From: Takakia lepidozioides
Taxonomy: Eukaryota; Plantae; Bryophyta
Direction: 5' to 3'
Length of the DNA stretch: 64,000 nt
Assembly: GCA_030704615.1 (NCBI GenBank)
Contig: CM060733.1
Span: 43,276,001 to 43,340,000 of the forward strand
Part shown: positions 38,172 through 52,648 of the stretch, piece by piece
Layout of the letters: the number at the start of each line of letters is the position of its first letter
Position numbering within the stretch: position 1 is the first letter of the stretch
Program-made: the position numbers and the translations under genes
The notes under the pieces: model-generated
The model's input: only the letters and a program-made list of their open reading frames with translations
Database searches by the model: none
What the model was told of the DNA's origin: nothing

Positions 38172-41100
38172 ATGACGAGGCGTCGTTTGTTGGAGAACAC
38201 AGGGCCAAGGCAGCAGGTGAACGCGGAGACTGATTCACAAGAGCAGACCGAGACTGAGGTAGCGGCTGTGACACAGTCGGCGATAACAGTGCGCGTTGGA
38301 AATCAGCCTGTGGATGCAGAGATGACTCGCAGGGAAACTGAAGGAGGTGGAAGTACGAGGAACGATGAACCGTGAGAAGGTCCAGAAACCCTAGAGCAGA
38401 CAGAAATTCCAGCAGATGTGAGAGGGAAGAGGAAAGCTGTAGAAGGGGATCCAATTTCAAAACCTAAGAAGGTGCCAGTAAGTTTTCTCTAACTTACATT
38501 TCATTGTTGAAGATCTGCATAGAGATTGAGTGGAATGTCCCAGAAAGGGATTGTCGCTACCGACCATCACCATAAAACAACGGTGATTTGCTTTCTACTC
38601 CTCTGTTAAGGGTTTACCGCACAATGAGTGGGTGACTGACGGTACCGTCATTCACTGTTGTTCAGATCATACAGTCTGTCTGATTGCCTTTCAAGCAGTC
38701 CTTCCTCTTCCCTTCTTTAGTAGGAACATGTGATTGAAATCTACTAAATTGCGAGCGTCGTTAACGCCATTCGATTCTCCTCATGAGATTTATGTACCTA
38801 TGTGTTTGAAGAGAGAGTGAGGGTCGGCATATTCAGTCATAATGTTTTGCAATGCATTTTTTTTGTTTGAGGTTGAACAGATAGAGAAGTGGAAAGGCGG
38901 TACCGCCAATCAAAGATTTGAAGACCATACTGTAGATTCAGGTAGAGTATCGATTGGAAAGTACTCTCGACATAGACAAGAAATAGTGAATGCTTGCGAC
39001 GTTCATCACAATGGAGTCAATCTGAATAATCTGCACTTACTGTCCGCCCTAAATTATACTGAATGTCGTTGCCGCCAATCACTTACACATATATGTCATT
39101 GCACAACACCGATCCGGCAAGTCCTTGTCTTTTGTGATTGTCGTTAACGCCATTCGCTCTTGCTCAAAACCTTTCTGTTCCTGTGTCCCTAGAATCATAG
39201 TGTTTTGTTTTGAATCGGCAGGATCAGCTTTGCTTGTGTGGATGGTTCTGAATTTGTTTCACACCATTCATTGTGAGTTTCGTCAAGACAGAGTGATGGT
39301 CGTTACCGCCGTTCACTATTTGCACATTACTCAGTCAGATTTGAATGGCATCGTGCAGAAAACTGTGAGGTCCAAGCCTACAGGATCAGAGGGGAAATGA
39401 TCTGGAGATGGGGACGAGTCTGGAAAAAGCTCAGAGAATAACGATGAAGCAGATGAATCTGAAGTGCACTACCTTGACAAGGTGAAAGAACTCATGTCAT
39501 TCCAGAAGGTAAACTCTCAGGAGGTTATAAGGGACATGCTCGTATCTGGAGGGCGTCTGGACATCCCTCTGTGCCGGATGATATCTATGCCTGTTGTGCA
39601 TCCACCTCTTTCCCATGACATAAAAAATTGGAGAGTGATTTTGTGCATGGATACAGACTTGGTGCACAAGTTTTTATGTGTCACTGACGGATATAAATGG
39701 GAAAAGTACATTAGTGTCTCCAGAGATCAGTGATACCTGGGATGAGTGCTGGAAAGATGCTAATGAGGAGTTCGAGCTGGGCTTCATGATGGGAAAGAAC
39801 ACCCAACAATTCTGCAACCACATGTTCTACGTCTGGGACGGCAACCACTGATTGCTGGCATGGATGGGATACATCAGAAACACCATGCGAAAGACAAAGA
39901 CAAGCATGTTGTTGTGGAGGCAATGGTTTTGATCCAGGAAACGACATCGCTAGGCTTCTTAGCTATGCACGACGTGAACAAGTAAGTCATCCTAGAGACT
40001 TCATTCCCTCTGTAGTGTCTTGTTAATCCCAAAAAAACAGTGTTAAGGAATGCAATGTTTCCAATGTTTTTGTAGATCAACAGAGAAATCGCATGTGACA
40101 ACAAGCTTGGTCCACACACTATTCCGAATTCAGAGGATTGGTCTGATGAAGCTGGATGATTTTCGGACAGTACTCCCCCCCCAATAATCAAGAAGTGCGA
40201 AACAGGAAGAGCTGCAGGCACTTGGTATTCTTTGACTCGAGAGGCATTTCTGGAGTACATGTATGCGGTAAGCCCGAGTCTGTACTCAGTTTACTTTCCG
40301 AATACATGTTGTAGTCCCTTCGGTGCTAATCACTATTTGAATCAATGCAGCAAGAACTGGCAGAGGCAGCTGAGAAGGGAAAATCCGAATATTACCACAC
40401 TACACCAGAGGAACTAAGGACATCAAAGGGTGTGGAAGCAGCAATAAAGAAGGAGTTTGAAATGCGAAGAACCAAATTGATGTCCGCCTTTGGAAAGCAG
40501 CTTAGAATAGTAGATCATGGACTTGGTTCTGAGTTCCTTCAGCAGATCAAATCTCACTATGACAAGCATGTGCATCCGGAGATGCAGCAGGAGAAATTGC
40601 ACCGGCTGGCCATATCCATGGTCGACCCACAAACAAAAATAAGGTGGCTGGAGATATGGAACTCAGATCAGACAGTAAAGGACTTGAATCAGTTCCCAAA
40701 AAGCACCATACAGCCTGGCACAAAGGTGGAAGGAATCAGTGATTTGGTGTTTGATAACTGGCTCCACAAGGCTACATTTTGGAGTCAGGTGTGTATTCAA
40801 ATAAGCCGTTTTCTTTTCTTCAATTATGTGATGAGTATCTTATTTGCAATACTGACAAATATACAATTTGCAGCTCAAAAAACACGCCGTCATTGTGCTG
40901 GATCAGACTTTGAAGGACTTGAACATTACGATTGTTTCCCCTCCCCAAATGTCATTGGAGGCATACATAAGGAAGTGGAGAGGTCTCACCTGGAGATACT
41001 GTTTTTTCCGGGAGCTCTCCAAAGATGGTAACATTTTGCGGTCCAACGACTTTGACAGTTAGGTTGGAGGAGAGTGGGCCATGATGCGAGTTGTGTACAG

Positions 41101-44100
41101 GTGCAATATCATACTGGAAACTCTACTGCACTTTTTGGGAAATAATTGGCTTCATAAGGATTGTAATCATAGATCCAAATTGAATGTCTTTGACGACATT
41201 CACTTCTTTGTCTGAGTCATTCTTAAGCGAGAATTTGAATTCACCTGGATTAGGAGCTTAGGGTGTAATTATAGTGTTCCTGATAAGAATTGATAATGTC
41301 CCTGAATGGCGTTGACGACATTCACATCCAGAGTTGTTAAGAGGTCCTCAGAGTTATGTAAGTTTTTGTAATGTCCATAGAGTTTACAGTGAGGGTTCCT
41401 CACTCCAGTTTGCTGAATGTCAATGCAGACATTCAGTTGTTGCATGTTTTTTGCCTCTTGCGAGAAATCTTGAGGCTTGATTAGCTGTGTTATTAGAGAT
41501 CCAAAGTGAATGTCGTTGATGACATTCACTTCTATGTCTGTCATTCACCAGCGACAATTTGAATTTACATGGATTATGAGCTTAGGGTGTATTTATTGGT
41601 TCCTTGTTCGGAATTTTGTGAATGGCGTTGACACCATTCACATCCAGTGTTATTATGAGGTCCTCAGTGTTATGTTCGTTATGAATGTCCATTGAGTTTT
41701 TAGGGAGGGTTCCTTACTCGAGTTTCTGATGTCCTTGCCGACATTCAGTTTCCATCCAATGATTTTGCCTCTTTGAGAAATCATTAGGCTTGATTAGCAG
41801 TGTTCACAAATCCAAAGTGAATGTGCTGTTGACGACATTCACTTCTATGTCTGTGTCATTCCAAAGCGAGAGTTTGCATTCACGTGGATTAGGGTGTATT
41901 TGCAGTATCATTGAATGGAATTTTTTGAATGGCGTTGACGACATTCACATCCGGAGCTGTCGCGTGGTCCTGAAAGGTCCTTGGAGCAGTTCTCAGAGCC
42001 ATTTCATTCCATGTTTTTTTCATTCTGTGCTACTTGCATCTTACTCACTTTGCGCTTTGGTGGGTTGGGATTTATCTCCTGTTTAACAGGTACACGAAAT
42101 ATGTGCTTATGGAAGGAAATCACCTGAGCGGTATTCCAGACTATCTTGACATGTGGTCGGACCCTGCAAACGATCCAACCATGTATACTGTAGGGATATT
42201 GAAGGACTGGAGTCCTTCTCACTTCAGAGACTGTGGCTGGTACCTTGACTGCCCACCGGAGCACACAACCTTTCAAGAACAGCACATGAAATATTTGAAC
42301 AATAATGTTGAGATGCTGGCGCCTCTGACTGACGAAGAGTACCAAAGAAACATAGCAACATTGGCTGCCAAGGAGCCTGATGCTCAGGGAACGCCGCAGA
42401 AGGGAAAGAAGGCGGGCCGCAAACAAAAGACAAGGCTCTTGATGTCATAGCCATCTCACCAGCAAAGCCAAAGGACAAAGACAAGTCCAAAGAGAAGGAA
42501 AATGACAAGGGGAAGGAGAAAGAAAAGGAGATGGAGAGTGGGCAGGATTTCACTGCTGGAAGATATACCGCACAGTTCAGTGCGTGTTCGATGCCAAGCC
42601 ACACCCTTCCCGTTCTGATTCGGCAGGAGAGATTAAAATTGTCAATGAGGGTTGGCTGGCGATGATGCAGAGTCGAAAGAGAGGATACACTGGGGTGCCT
42701 TCGCCTACCTGGGACAAATAAATCTCATTCCTCAATCTGGTGAGAATTCCAGTTTCTTTCTTTTTTCTCTGAAAGTTTCATTGACAGTATTTCAGTCTGG
42801 TTCTTTGAAAACATTCTTGCCATCGTTCTTAAAATAAACATGTCTGTTGCAGGTGAGCACAGGTCCCACCTTCGTGTGCGGTGTGCAGAAAACATATGCG
42901 GCGGACATTGTCATTCTCGACATCCCGGATGGCCAGGCTATGCCAGAAGTTCTTCTAAAGGGCAAGACGCCAGGCTGGAACAAATTCGAGGACAACTATT
43001 GAAGTTGGGTGTTCGGGTTCTGTAATAATTTCCTCTCTGATGCAGGGACACTTCTGCTTTTTCAGTCATGTGACAAAGATAGTCATCGGGCATTGGCATC
43101 ATACCTGAAGTCTTCAGGGTTTGAAGTTTTGCGCACATGGAATTGTGTGAACAGCCTCTACCTTGTGAAAGGGGGTTTCCCTGGTTAGCTGGTATGCCGT
43201 CTCCCCTTGCTTGTGCTTTCATGATGAGTTTCAATGTTCTTTGCAGCTCCACTCTAGAAGAATCTGTCATGATCGACACCGATCATCACCGATTCGTGAT
43301 AAAAATGATTGTTTTATGCCTGAGTTCTGAATAGCCGATGTACACACTTCCACTATAGATTGTGTTTACCACACTAACCTGCTATCTTGGCAGACGAGGA
43401 TGTTGAGGCGATCTGCCTGCGGAGGATTCGCACCTCAAAGACACCATCCTCATCCGCAGCTTTGAGATTTCTGACCAGGGTTGTTTCGTCAACCCCCCCT
43501 ATGAGCCGCATGTCGATGACATTTTGTACAACTTCATGCAGTCCAGTCAGACTCTGAAGAGACCGGATGGCACTCCCTGGAGAGGTGCAAAGGAAAAATC
43601 CCCAGCGTTCATGCAAATACTGCTGGAGTCATGCAGCCACCACTCTACACGAGTTGTCGATCTTCTGTGTCCACAGGTTCGTTTCTCCCTTCCAATTGAT
43701 TTTCTTTCACCAGTTCCATTTGCTTAAATCCCCCCACCAAACTGTTCATGTCCTCCTGTATGGTGCAGGAGCAACTTACCATGCATGCAAGGCAGGCGGA
43801 AGAAGCCTTTTTGGCATGGAAGGTGATTCTGACCTCTACAACACAATGCTCCTCCCCTTTTTGTCTGGCTCCACTTCAGGCACACAGACTGATCGGATTC
43901 AAATTCGAAATGATGACGATCCCGAAGATAAGCAGGTCGACAACGACTTTTCATGTAAGTAAGTGCTAAACCCACTTTGGGAGTCATACTCAATTTCTCA
44001 ATAACATCAAAGTTACAGTAATAACTTTTTCAGGCTGTCTTTCAGGAAAGGCAGCGGTGGATCTTCAGGAGATACAGTCATTTGTGGCGAGTCTGTTTTC

Positions 44101-44292
44101 GACAGCCCCCTTTCCAATTTTCTGCTTCCTGATTATGCCGAAGCAATGACACTTCACGCGGCCGAGTCCCTATCCCCTGAATTTTTACTGCCCGACCGTA
44201 GGTGTAGCCAGCATAGATCCGGAGTTCTTAAATACTTAGACTTAGATGCAGAGGAAGCGGGGATAGATTGTACTGACTTTGAGTCAGACTGA
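38172..44292 (+). pseudogene. Multi-exon ParB/Srx-like + beta-class N4C/N6A DNA methyltransferase-like fusion gene, module 2
   Basis: FYVWDGNH*LLAW (39823-39862; Arg CGA read as TGA), ADIVILDIPDG (42901-42933), WRGAKEKSPAFMQILLESCSHHSTRVVDL...T|GATYHACKAGGRSLFGMEGD (43578-43830). The C-terminus LLPDYA...KYLDLDAEE aligns with module 1. Confidence 0.72.
41170..41960. repeat. About 320-bp tandem unit (about 2.5 copies) carrying the 24-bp palindrome GTGAATG(T/G)CGTT(G/A)ACG(A/C)CATTCAC; further degenerate copies at 38545-39320
   Basis: Copies near 41181, 41303, 41507, 41619, 41817 and 41927, and near 38634, 38751, 39060, 39134 and 39293, all in inferred introns of the module 2 ParB-MTase gene. 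Confidence 0.82.
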
Positions 44293-45224
44293 ACTATGTT
44301 ATTTTAATATTCTGTTTCATCCTCTTTGGAAAACGTTGAATCCCCTTCCTCCACCGTAGTTGTTCCTTTGGAAAAAAAAATAATCAAAGAATCCTCTACC
44401 ATTTAAATTGCAATATGTATGAATCCATCTCACAAACCTCCCTCACTCTTGTCATATCCATTGTGCATAATCTACAGTGTATTCATGCGTGCTCCATTCA
44501 TGAATGTTTTCCTTTGTTCAACATCCATTGTACATTCATCCTCTGTACTCTTTAATCCACCCCACAAACCTACCACACTCATGTCATATACATGAGACAT
44601 GTATATGACACGCATTCGTCTAAAGTTTTAGTCATGCATCTTCCTGTCATGAATGTTTTTCATTGCTCAACATCCATTATACATTCATCCATTTGACTCT
44701 TATCCATCCCTCATTCATCTATCTACATTCATTTTTCACACTCATCCATCTGTTTATTTTCCAACTGTACATTCATCCATCCTTTATTCATCTGTTGCTT
44801 TCAGGTGGGAATGACCACTGTGCCTTTTATTATGTCGTCCAGCTTGTTTCCGCGGTAAAGGGTGCCAATCCGCGGGAATACACTCCACTTCTTCTTGGGC
44901 GCGTGGTGACGCGGTCTTCAAGTGTGATGACGTGGAGTGAGCCCCGTGATGTGGCATTGGCGCAAAGTGACGTGGCGTGAGCGCAGTTGCGCTCACGTGA
45001 CTAGGATCACGCCGAGGCAGCCCTGCTCATTTCCATGAGCGGATCTAAAAAACCATGAGCGGACTTGTTACTGACGACATATCTTTGCCGCATTACAGGA
45101 TGTGGAACTTCCAAACACGGCAAGGTCAAATAAAAAAACTATTATTCTAATACTTGTTTAATCTGCTGCATTTCCAAATTTGGAGGAGTCCGCTCATGAA
45201 ATCCGCGTGTCTTAGACTTCGGCT

Positions 45225-45294
45225 CACCGCTCATGCGGCTCATGCGGCTCATGGCTCATGGCTCATGGTTTCTGCTCATGAAATAGTAAACCTC
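45225..45294 (-). repeat. Right TIR of the MULE
   Basis: GCTCATG repeats ending ...GCTCATGAAATAGTAAACCTC, adjacent to the TSD. Confidence 0.9.
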
Positions 45295-46041
45295 CATTCT
45301 AAGCACACAATCCTAGAAAGCTATGCCACAATGATAATGAAAGTGAACACAAGGGAAACACTCCACTCATGAATCCACTCAATCACATAAACTAAGTCAA
45401 GCCAAGGGCACCTTTGCTAAAGGAATCCACCCTACAAAGCCCTCACCACACTCCCACTCAATACCTAGAGCTATGGAGGTGGGAGAGGCTCATGGAGGCT
45501 CAACTACAAGAAGATGAGCCCTCCTCAACGCTCACAAGGGGAAAACCCATCCCCATGTCCCAAGTGAGGTTTGACACCTCACTTGGCATGTGAGACCAAA
45601 TGAAGTCCCAACAAACAATTTACAAATATGAATATCCAAAATATCCTAGTTAACTAGAAGTAGGTAATTCTAGTTAACCATGACTAAAACCATGACAGCT
45701 GTCGTGCACCTAAGCATCGTGCTACAACATACATCGTTGTCCACCATACATTCTAAGCACACAATCCTAGAAAGCTATGCCACAATCGCCCCCCTAGCTG
45801 GTGCTTAGGTCCCTCTAACACCGGATAGCTGACAAGTATCCATCTCCATAAGATCATCGTTTGGTCTTCAATTGCATAAGTCCCAACACCTGAAGTCGAT
45901 AGATCAAGAGGCCGGGTGCAAACGTAGCCCCATCGTTAGTCGCCTTCATGCAATCCATGATCTTCAGTTGAGTATCCATGGCATTGAAGCCTCACTAGCT
46001 AGACCTTGGATCACTTGTCCGCCTCACCATTGTCATGCCCA

Positions 46042-49000
46042 CTACCTCTGTCCAAGGCATTGTGGATACAACCATTCTCCGATAGGGACCTCCTCAAGTG
46101 GCGGTGTCAAGCATCCCATGTGCCACCCCCTTAAGCATTTGTCACACACCAACATGGTTGCGGCGCCACCAGCATGCCCACATAGCATGCAACGCAACCC
46201 TGCAGGTACCACTACAAGGTTGGGATCTATCCTCTCATCCACATGTGGAAGGTGACATGGCGCACAATTGTGCACATGGTCCTTCCATACCATGCCGTCT
46301 TGACCTTCCATAATCAGCACTCCTGAAGGCAACACCTCCCTGACCCTTAGAATCACACGTCCTGCTGTGACATCCAAGGTCGTAGGCGCTGTCTGCTGTA
46401 GATACACATAGTCCCCAAGGTGGAAACGCCGAACACTTGGCCGATATCCCCCTCCACGTATAGTGGCGTACCTCAATGTGTCTCGGTGTTGGGCAATAGC
46501 AAGGTTCTCAAAAGCCATAGGCATGACTCTTTTGAACAACTCTGCCCGCTTGGCACATGCTTGTGTCCACACATCCGGATCATCAAAGTTGAGGACTACT
46601 GCAGTTTCCCTGCGAATAGATGCAGGCAAATCTGGCTCTCGGCCAAAGAGAAAGAAATAAGGCGAGAACGAGGCAAGTGATGCTTGTTTGCTAAACCTGT
46701 ATCCCATGGCCAACCAAGGTAGCTGAAGGTCCCAATCTCCTAAGTGTCCCTTCTGCAAGCCATACTTGTGCAAGCCACGCTTGACTGTTTGTACAACCCT
46801 CTCTGTCAGGCCATCAGCCTCGGGATGATCCCGAGAAGTAGTGCGGTGACTATCAAGGCTTGCTCATACAAAGCCTAAAACTCCCCCAAGAATTCTCTCC
46901 CCTGGTCCGTGAGTACCTTGGCTGGAGCACCAAATTGGCTAAGCACTTGATCTAAGAATGCATACGCAACCCCCTCACTTGCTTTGTCAATCAATGCCAC
47001 CAGTTCAATCCATTTGGAGAAATGTTCCACCATCACCAACACATACTTGTTATGGGGAATAGTTAGTGGCAATGGGCCTGCGAAGTCAAGACTCCAACGA
47101 TAGCCCAAACCCATAATGGGTAAAGGATGCAATTGTGGAGTAGGTGCATTGAAAGAAGCCCGCACTCTATCACACACCATGTACCTTGCCACTAACTGTT
47201 GCACATCCGTGTGCATGCCCCGCCACCAATACTGCCCTTGCAGCAAACTATGAGTGCGCCGCACCCCAAAATGTCCCAACTCCTCATGGGCATGGCGGAC
47301 CAATTGTGCTCGTTGTGTTGGATGAGGCATAATTCTCACTCGTCCATCCTCCCATACCCGAAGTAGGTGAGTCCCTTCCCACTTGAACCTCTTGGCTCGT
47401 TGTAGGATCCGATCTCTTTCCTTAGCAGTCACACTGGCTGCTGTCTCTCCTGTACGAAGGTAGGCCAACACTGCTGCATCTTCATGCACATCCTTAGCAC
47501 CACCAAACTCCTCACTAGTCTCTGGATCGTCATGCATGCTATCTACATGACCAATCGCATGGGATGGACCAGCTTGAGCTCCCATTGCTAGAATGCACAA
47601 AAAAAGTCGATGCATGCCATCCTGGCACCATCTCCTCATGTGTCTTACCATGCCACCGAGCTCCAGTGTCATCATGCTTGCTCGTGCATGGATTACGGCT
47701 CAATCCATCTGCATCCCGATTGACAATACCGGCTCGATGCACCACCTGGAAGTCGTACTCTTGAAGCATAAATGCCCACCGTGCAAGCTTCCCTTTAAGT
47801 TTGTCTGACTCCATCAACCACTTCAATGGTTGGTGATCCGTGACAAGGGTGAAGAGATTGCCATAGAGGTAGCATCTGAAATGTGCCACTGCCCATACCG
47901 CAGCTAGACACTCCCCTTCATATGAACTATACTTCGCCTCGGCATCATTGTTCAAGCGGCTAGCATATGCCACTACAAACTCTCTTCCCTCATCATCCAC
48001 CTGTGTGAGCACTGCTCCAATCCCCAACATACTCCAATCCGTATGTAGCTGGAAAGGCTGCCCCCGAATATTGGCCGCCTCAGAATAGGTGCAGAAGTCA
48101 ATCGAGTCTTGAATTCCTCAAAGGCTTCCTCATGTTCCTCCTCCCACTGCCACTCCTGACCCACCTTGGTCAACTTGGTAAGAGCCTTTGCAATGCTGCT
48201 AAATCCCTTGACAAACCGTCGATAGTAGTTTGCCAACCCCATGAAAGCACGAACTCTGCTAACATCTATGGGGCGTGGAATGCGTGCAATGGCCTCCACC
48301 TTTGTCTTTTGAACACCCAATCCTCCAGGGTATATCATGTGGCCTAGATACTCAATCTGGTTGTGGAAGCACTTGCACTTCCCAGGGTGCAATTTCAACC
48401 CGTGCGCTCTCAAGCGCTCAAACACCACCTGAAGGTGTCTCTCATGCTCCTCAACCGTAGCACTAAAGACGATGATGTCATCAATGTAGCACCGGGCAAA
48501 GTCTAGCCCCGCGAGAATCCTATGCATGACCCTCTGAAACTCTGTAGGAGCATTCTTCAGCCCAAACGGCAAGAACCGCCATTGGTACAAGCAATCCTTC
48601 CCATGTTGGTCAATCCCCCAGAATGTCGTCTTTTGCTTGTCAGCCTCTTTGATTGGCAACTGGTGGTAACCGGATCGCAAGTCCAATGTGCTAAACACCT
48701 TTGCATGCCCAATAGCATCAAAGATCTCCTCTTGAGTTGCTATCGGACTTAGTCTGACGGTTCATAGGACGATAGTCCCCACACATCCTTCTTTCTGTCC
48801 AATTGCCATAGATATCCTTCTTAGCTGGCATCACCGTTGCCGAGGCATACTCCCCGCCTGACAACTCCACCAATCCAGCTTCAAACAACTCCATAGTCCG
48901 TGACTGGATCAATGACCTCTCCATGTCACTATACCGGTAGGGCCTTCGAAAGATTGGCGTGTCACTTGCCAAGTCAATACGAATCTCCTGACCCTTCAAA

Positions 49001-51975
49001 CTCCCCAAATCCTTCAAACCGAAGGCAAAGCAATTTCTATAAGCCCTTAGAAATCGCTGGATCCTCCGTCTCTCTCCTCCGGTGACTGTAGGTCCAACAT
49101 CTGGTTCCCAATTGTCCTCAGTGACTGCAACATTGGGTACACCGGGCTTGGAGGTAGTAGACGAATCCTTTGGTTGCTAGATAGCAACCTTTTGGGCCTT
49201 GTCCGCCCAATCTGACTGTGGCGTAGCCTCCACTTGCTCCGCCATAGCCACCTTGAGAACATCATCTGAGCAAAAAAAATTCTCAACCTCTTCAAGAACC
49301 TTTGCTACTTTGGCCTCCAACTGATCCTCAGTCCATGGCTCTCCCCACTCCTCATACTGCTGCTTGAGAGATCCAATGACTCTCTCTTTGCGCATCTCAT
49401 CCCACATCTGTCATGGGTGTTTGCAACCCACGATCTTGTGCTCGCCCCCACTCACTGCCTCAACCGTCCTGGTTGGCAGGGAGGATGCACCATCCAATGG
49501 GAGTGTAGAAGTAGCCATCAATGCTTGCAATCTCTGTTGCTCAGCCATGCACAAGCCAATTATCCATGTCAAGCAATTTAGATCCATTGCCTAACCCAAC
49601 ACCTAGCGTCGTGATGCCTCTGACAAAGCTGGCACAGATGTAGTGCCCGTGGCAAACCCCATTGCCCGCTCGCGCTCATCCGCATTGGGCTCCACCAATT
49701 ACTGTAGCACACTGTCCCAAATCAACCCAGGACCATTGTCTCGAAAAGCATGAGACGAGGGAAAGCTCATGAGCGTAGGCAAGGCTGTACGTGGCTGCCC
49801 CACTCGATTGACGACTGCTAGAGGTGGACGGTCATCGTGTCGCACCCTCTGTGGTTGTCTCCCTTGGTCCAAAATGCCCTCAACCATGAGATTGGGTGGC
49901 TGTTGAATGGAATCATATGCTCTCTTGAGCAGCTCTGGTGGTGCAAGATTGGTCCACCACAATCGAGGTCGATGCGCACGTGATCCCACCGCTGTTGCAT
50001 CCAATAGCACCGCCAATCCAATCCAAGACCGCACCTGATGCACACTGACCATAACCCTGGCCCGAGAGTCCCCCATAAGAGGAACATTCTCCAAGATATA
50101 GGCTAGAGGTTGCACTTGCTTTGTCTGCAAGTCACGCAACACTCTCAACATCTCCCAAAACAAATGCAATCGTGCATCATGCAAGCCATTCCCATGACCT
50201 GCGGGAGAATGTCCTTGGCAAGGCCATCCAGCTATCACCAAGTCCGTAGCCGCCCCCAACAATGTACTGGCTGCACCTTGCTTTGCAGCACCACCCACTG
50301 GCATATCCCAAGCCACACCAACTCTCCCCAATGGCACTCGTGGCTCTACCTTTGATACACTTGGGCGAACGGGTGCCATCGATGGCATAGTTGGCACTGT
50401 CTCAGCCAATGTGAAAGACTGTGGAAGCCTTGTCTACCGACTTGCGTCCCCTCTTTGTGGATCAAAATCCACATCCACTCCTCTTGGCTCAGGAGCACGC
50501 GTTGCTGCTCGAGTGACAGCAGCTGCAGAGTCCATATATGCAAGTGCGGCTCCACACATGAAGCCCATACCAATCTGGTCTTCCCTAGGCATAGGAGGTT
50601 GTGCAGGTGGGGCTTGAACCTCAGGCCTTGGAGCTGGTGCAACATGCATAGTGGCCATGGTAGCAAGACGTTGCTCTAGCTGGGCAAGCCTATCTACCAT
50701 GCCTTGGTCATGATCTTGACCTTGACCTTGTGCTCTTTGGTTTTGGTTACGACCTCTGCCTCCTCTACCTCTCTGGACTACATTGCCTCGTCCTCGGCCA
50801 CCATTGTTCCCTTGGAATTGGCCTGGCCGTAGCTCAGGATGCAAGTCATAACAATAGGCCTCTTCATGCCCATACTTGCCACAATGCCCACATTGTAGTT
50901 GTGTAGGCTGTGCCTGTGCCGGCCCTTTGCCTCTTTCCAAGCAACCTCTCTTAACATGGGGTCCTCCACAATCCCAACATGTCACACCCGACTGTTGTTG
51001 GCCTAAGAATGAAGGAAGTGACCTCTGCAATTGAGACCTCTCGGCCCTTCCCTGGGCTTTGCCTGAGCCCCCTTGTTGCCTTGAGCACGTTGGGGGTAGT
51101 GGTTGTTATTGGCTAGGAGCCCCACTTCATTGTGTCTCCTTACCAAACCCCACCATGACCACTCGCTCCTCCACCATATTGAGCTCTATCCGCTCTGCTA
51201 GAAAAAACACGTTTGCTAAGGTGGGTTGGGCCACTTGTAGGAGAGTTGCATCCCGCACCATTCTCCTCAGCTCCTTGTCCAATATCCCATACCAGAATTG
51301 GACTGCCTGAGCTTCTGTAACCCCTTAGGTTACGTTTATCAAGCGCCTCATGCGAGTGTAAGCCTCCTTCAAACTCTCAGTAGACCTCCGTTGGAACTCT
51401 TGCAAGCTCCGCAACTTCTCTGTCCTTATCCCTTGGTAGTTTCTCCTCAACTCCTCGAAGAACTCCACAACTGGGTTAAAGGCAGGCACGGGTGTTGGTG
51501 CTGCAGCAGGAGCTTGGGTGGACTTCCTAGCTTCTGTTCCACTTGACGTCCCACTGTTGCTTGCAGGAGCTGCCGGTATAGCTGCCGATGTCACCACTGC
51601 CCTTGTGCCTCTAGTGATGGAGACATAGTCAGGTGACCAATACACCCGCCATTCCTCAATCTCCACCTCATGTCCCCGCCTAAACTCATGGTAGTCATCC
51701 ATGGGCGGCCCCTCAAGATGCTGGAATAGCCCCTTCCACGCCATAAAGGGCGTAAACAGTTGTGGATTACGCATTTGCTGCAAATCACACCAACTGTCAA
51801 ACTCTTGTATGAAGTCATCAAGCTCGATGGTGCCCACAGCTCCAGAGTACCTACGTGACCCCTTGGTAGCTCCATATATCTCCTCCATCGTGTCCCACAA
51901 CAATGGCACGGAAATGACTTCCACCGTTGGCGAGAATCCTCTTGACCCCGAGTCTGAACCTTCCTCAGAAGACAC
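46042..51975 (-). pseudogene. G2 gag-pol with DNMT3-like domain (N-half and protease deleted near 50243), RT, RNase H, integrase, PHD finger
   Basis: LLGAAT joins directly to DLVIAGWPCQGH. Also YILENV, RAHRPRLWWTNL, CYIDDII, WSLDFAGP, and CMLCGHAGGAATMLVCDKCLRGWHMGCLTPPLEEVPIGEWLYPQC. Confidence 0.9.
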
Positions 51976-52648
51976 TGAAGGTGAGGTGGCCTAAACCGCA
52001 CACCTCGTCTTGTATACCCACTAGTATTGCTGGTGCTTGTACTGGCACTCCTCAGCAACTGGTGGCACCTCCGTGATGAAAACTCACAACCACACCTGTT
52101 GTAAACCTGTCTCTAATCCCCCTTTTCACAAGGTAACCGGGTAGAGAACCTGTTGCAACTTATGGCTTAGACTACTAGGTTCATAACATAAACCTGCACC
52201 TGCATCCACCGCAAACACTCATATGGTCTGCTGGTCATCAGCCCAGCCTCACCATAAGAGAAACAATGATGGTCTGACTGGTCATCACCCCAGCCTCACC
52301 ACCGACAACACGCTCTAGGATTGACCGGTGATCAAATCCGAACCAACCTCCTATGAAAACAAGCGCCCATACAAAGCTAACATGGCGCACAGTCAAGCAT
52401 GCAGGTGTGGAGGGGATCCAAACACAAGAAAATCAAGACAACAACTCCCCATACCAAGAACACTCCACAGTGTCGCTCCTGCAATGACACCCTAGCCCAA
52501 ACCCGGACTGACTCTTACCTCCACCTACGGAAAGGTTTTGGCCTACAGAGAGGGTGAAAGACTACAAGGAAGAGAGACTAAAGCAATTCCTAATCCTAGC
52601 ATGCCCTCATCCCACTACCCTATCTCCACACTCTCTTGCTAGCAGGCC

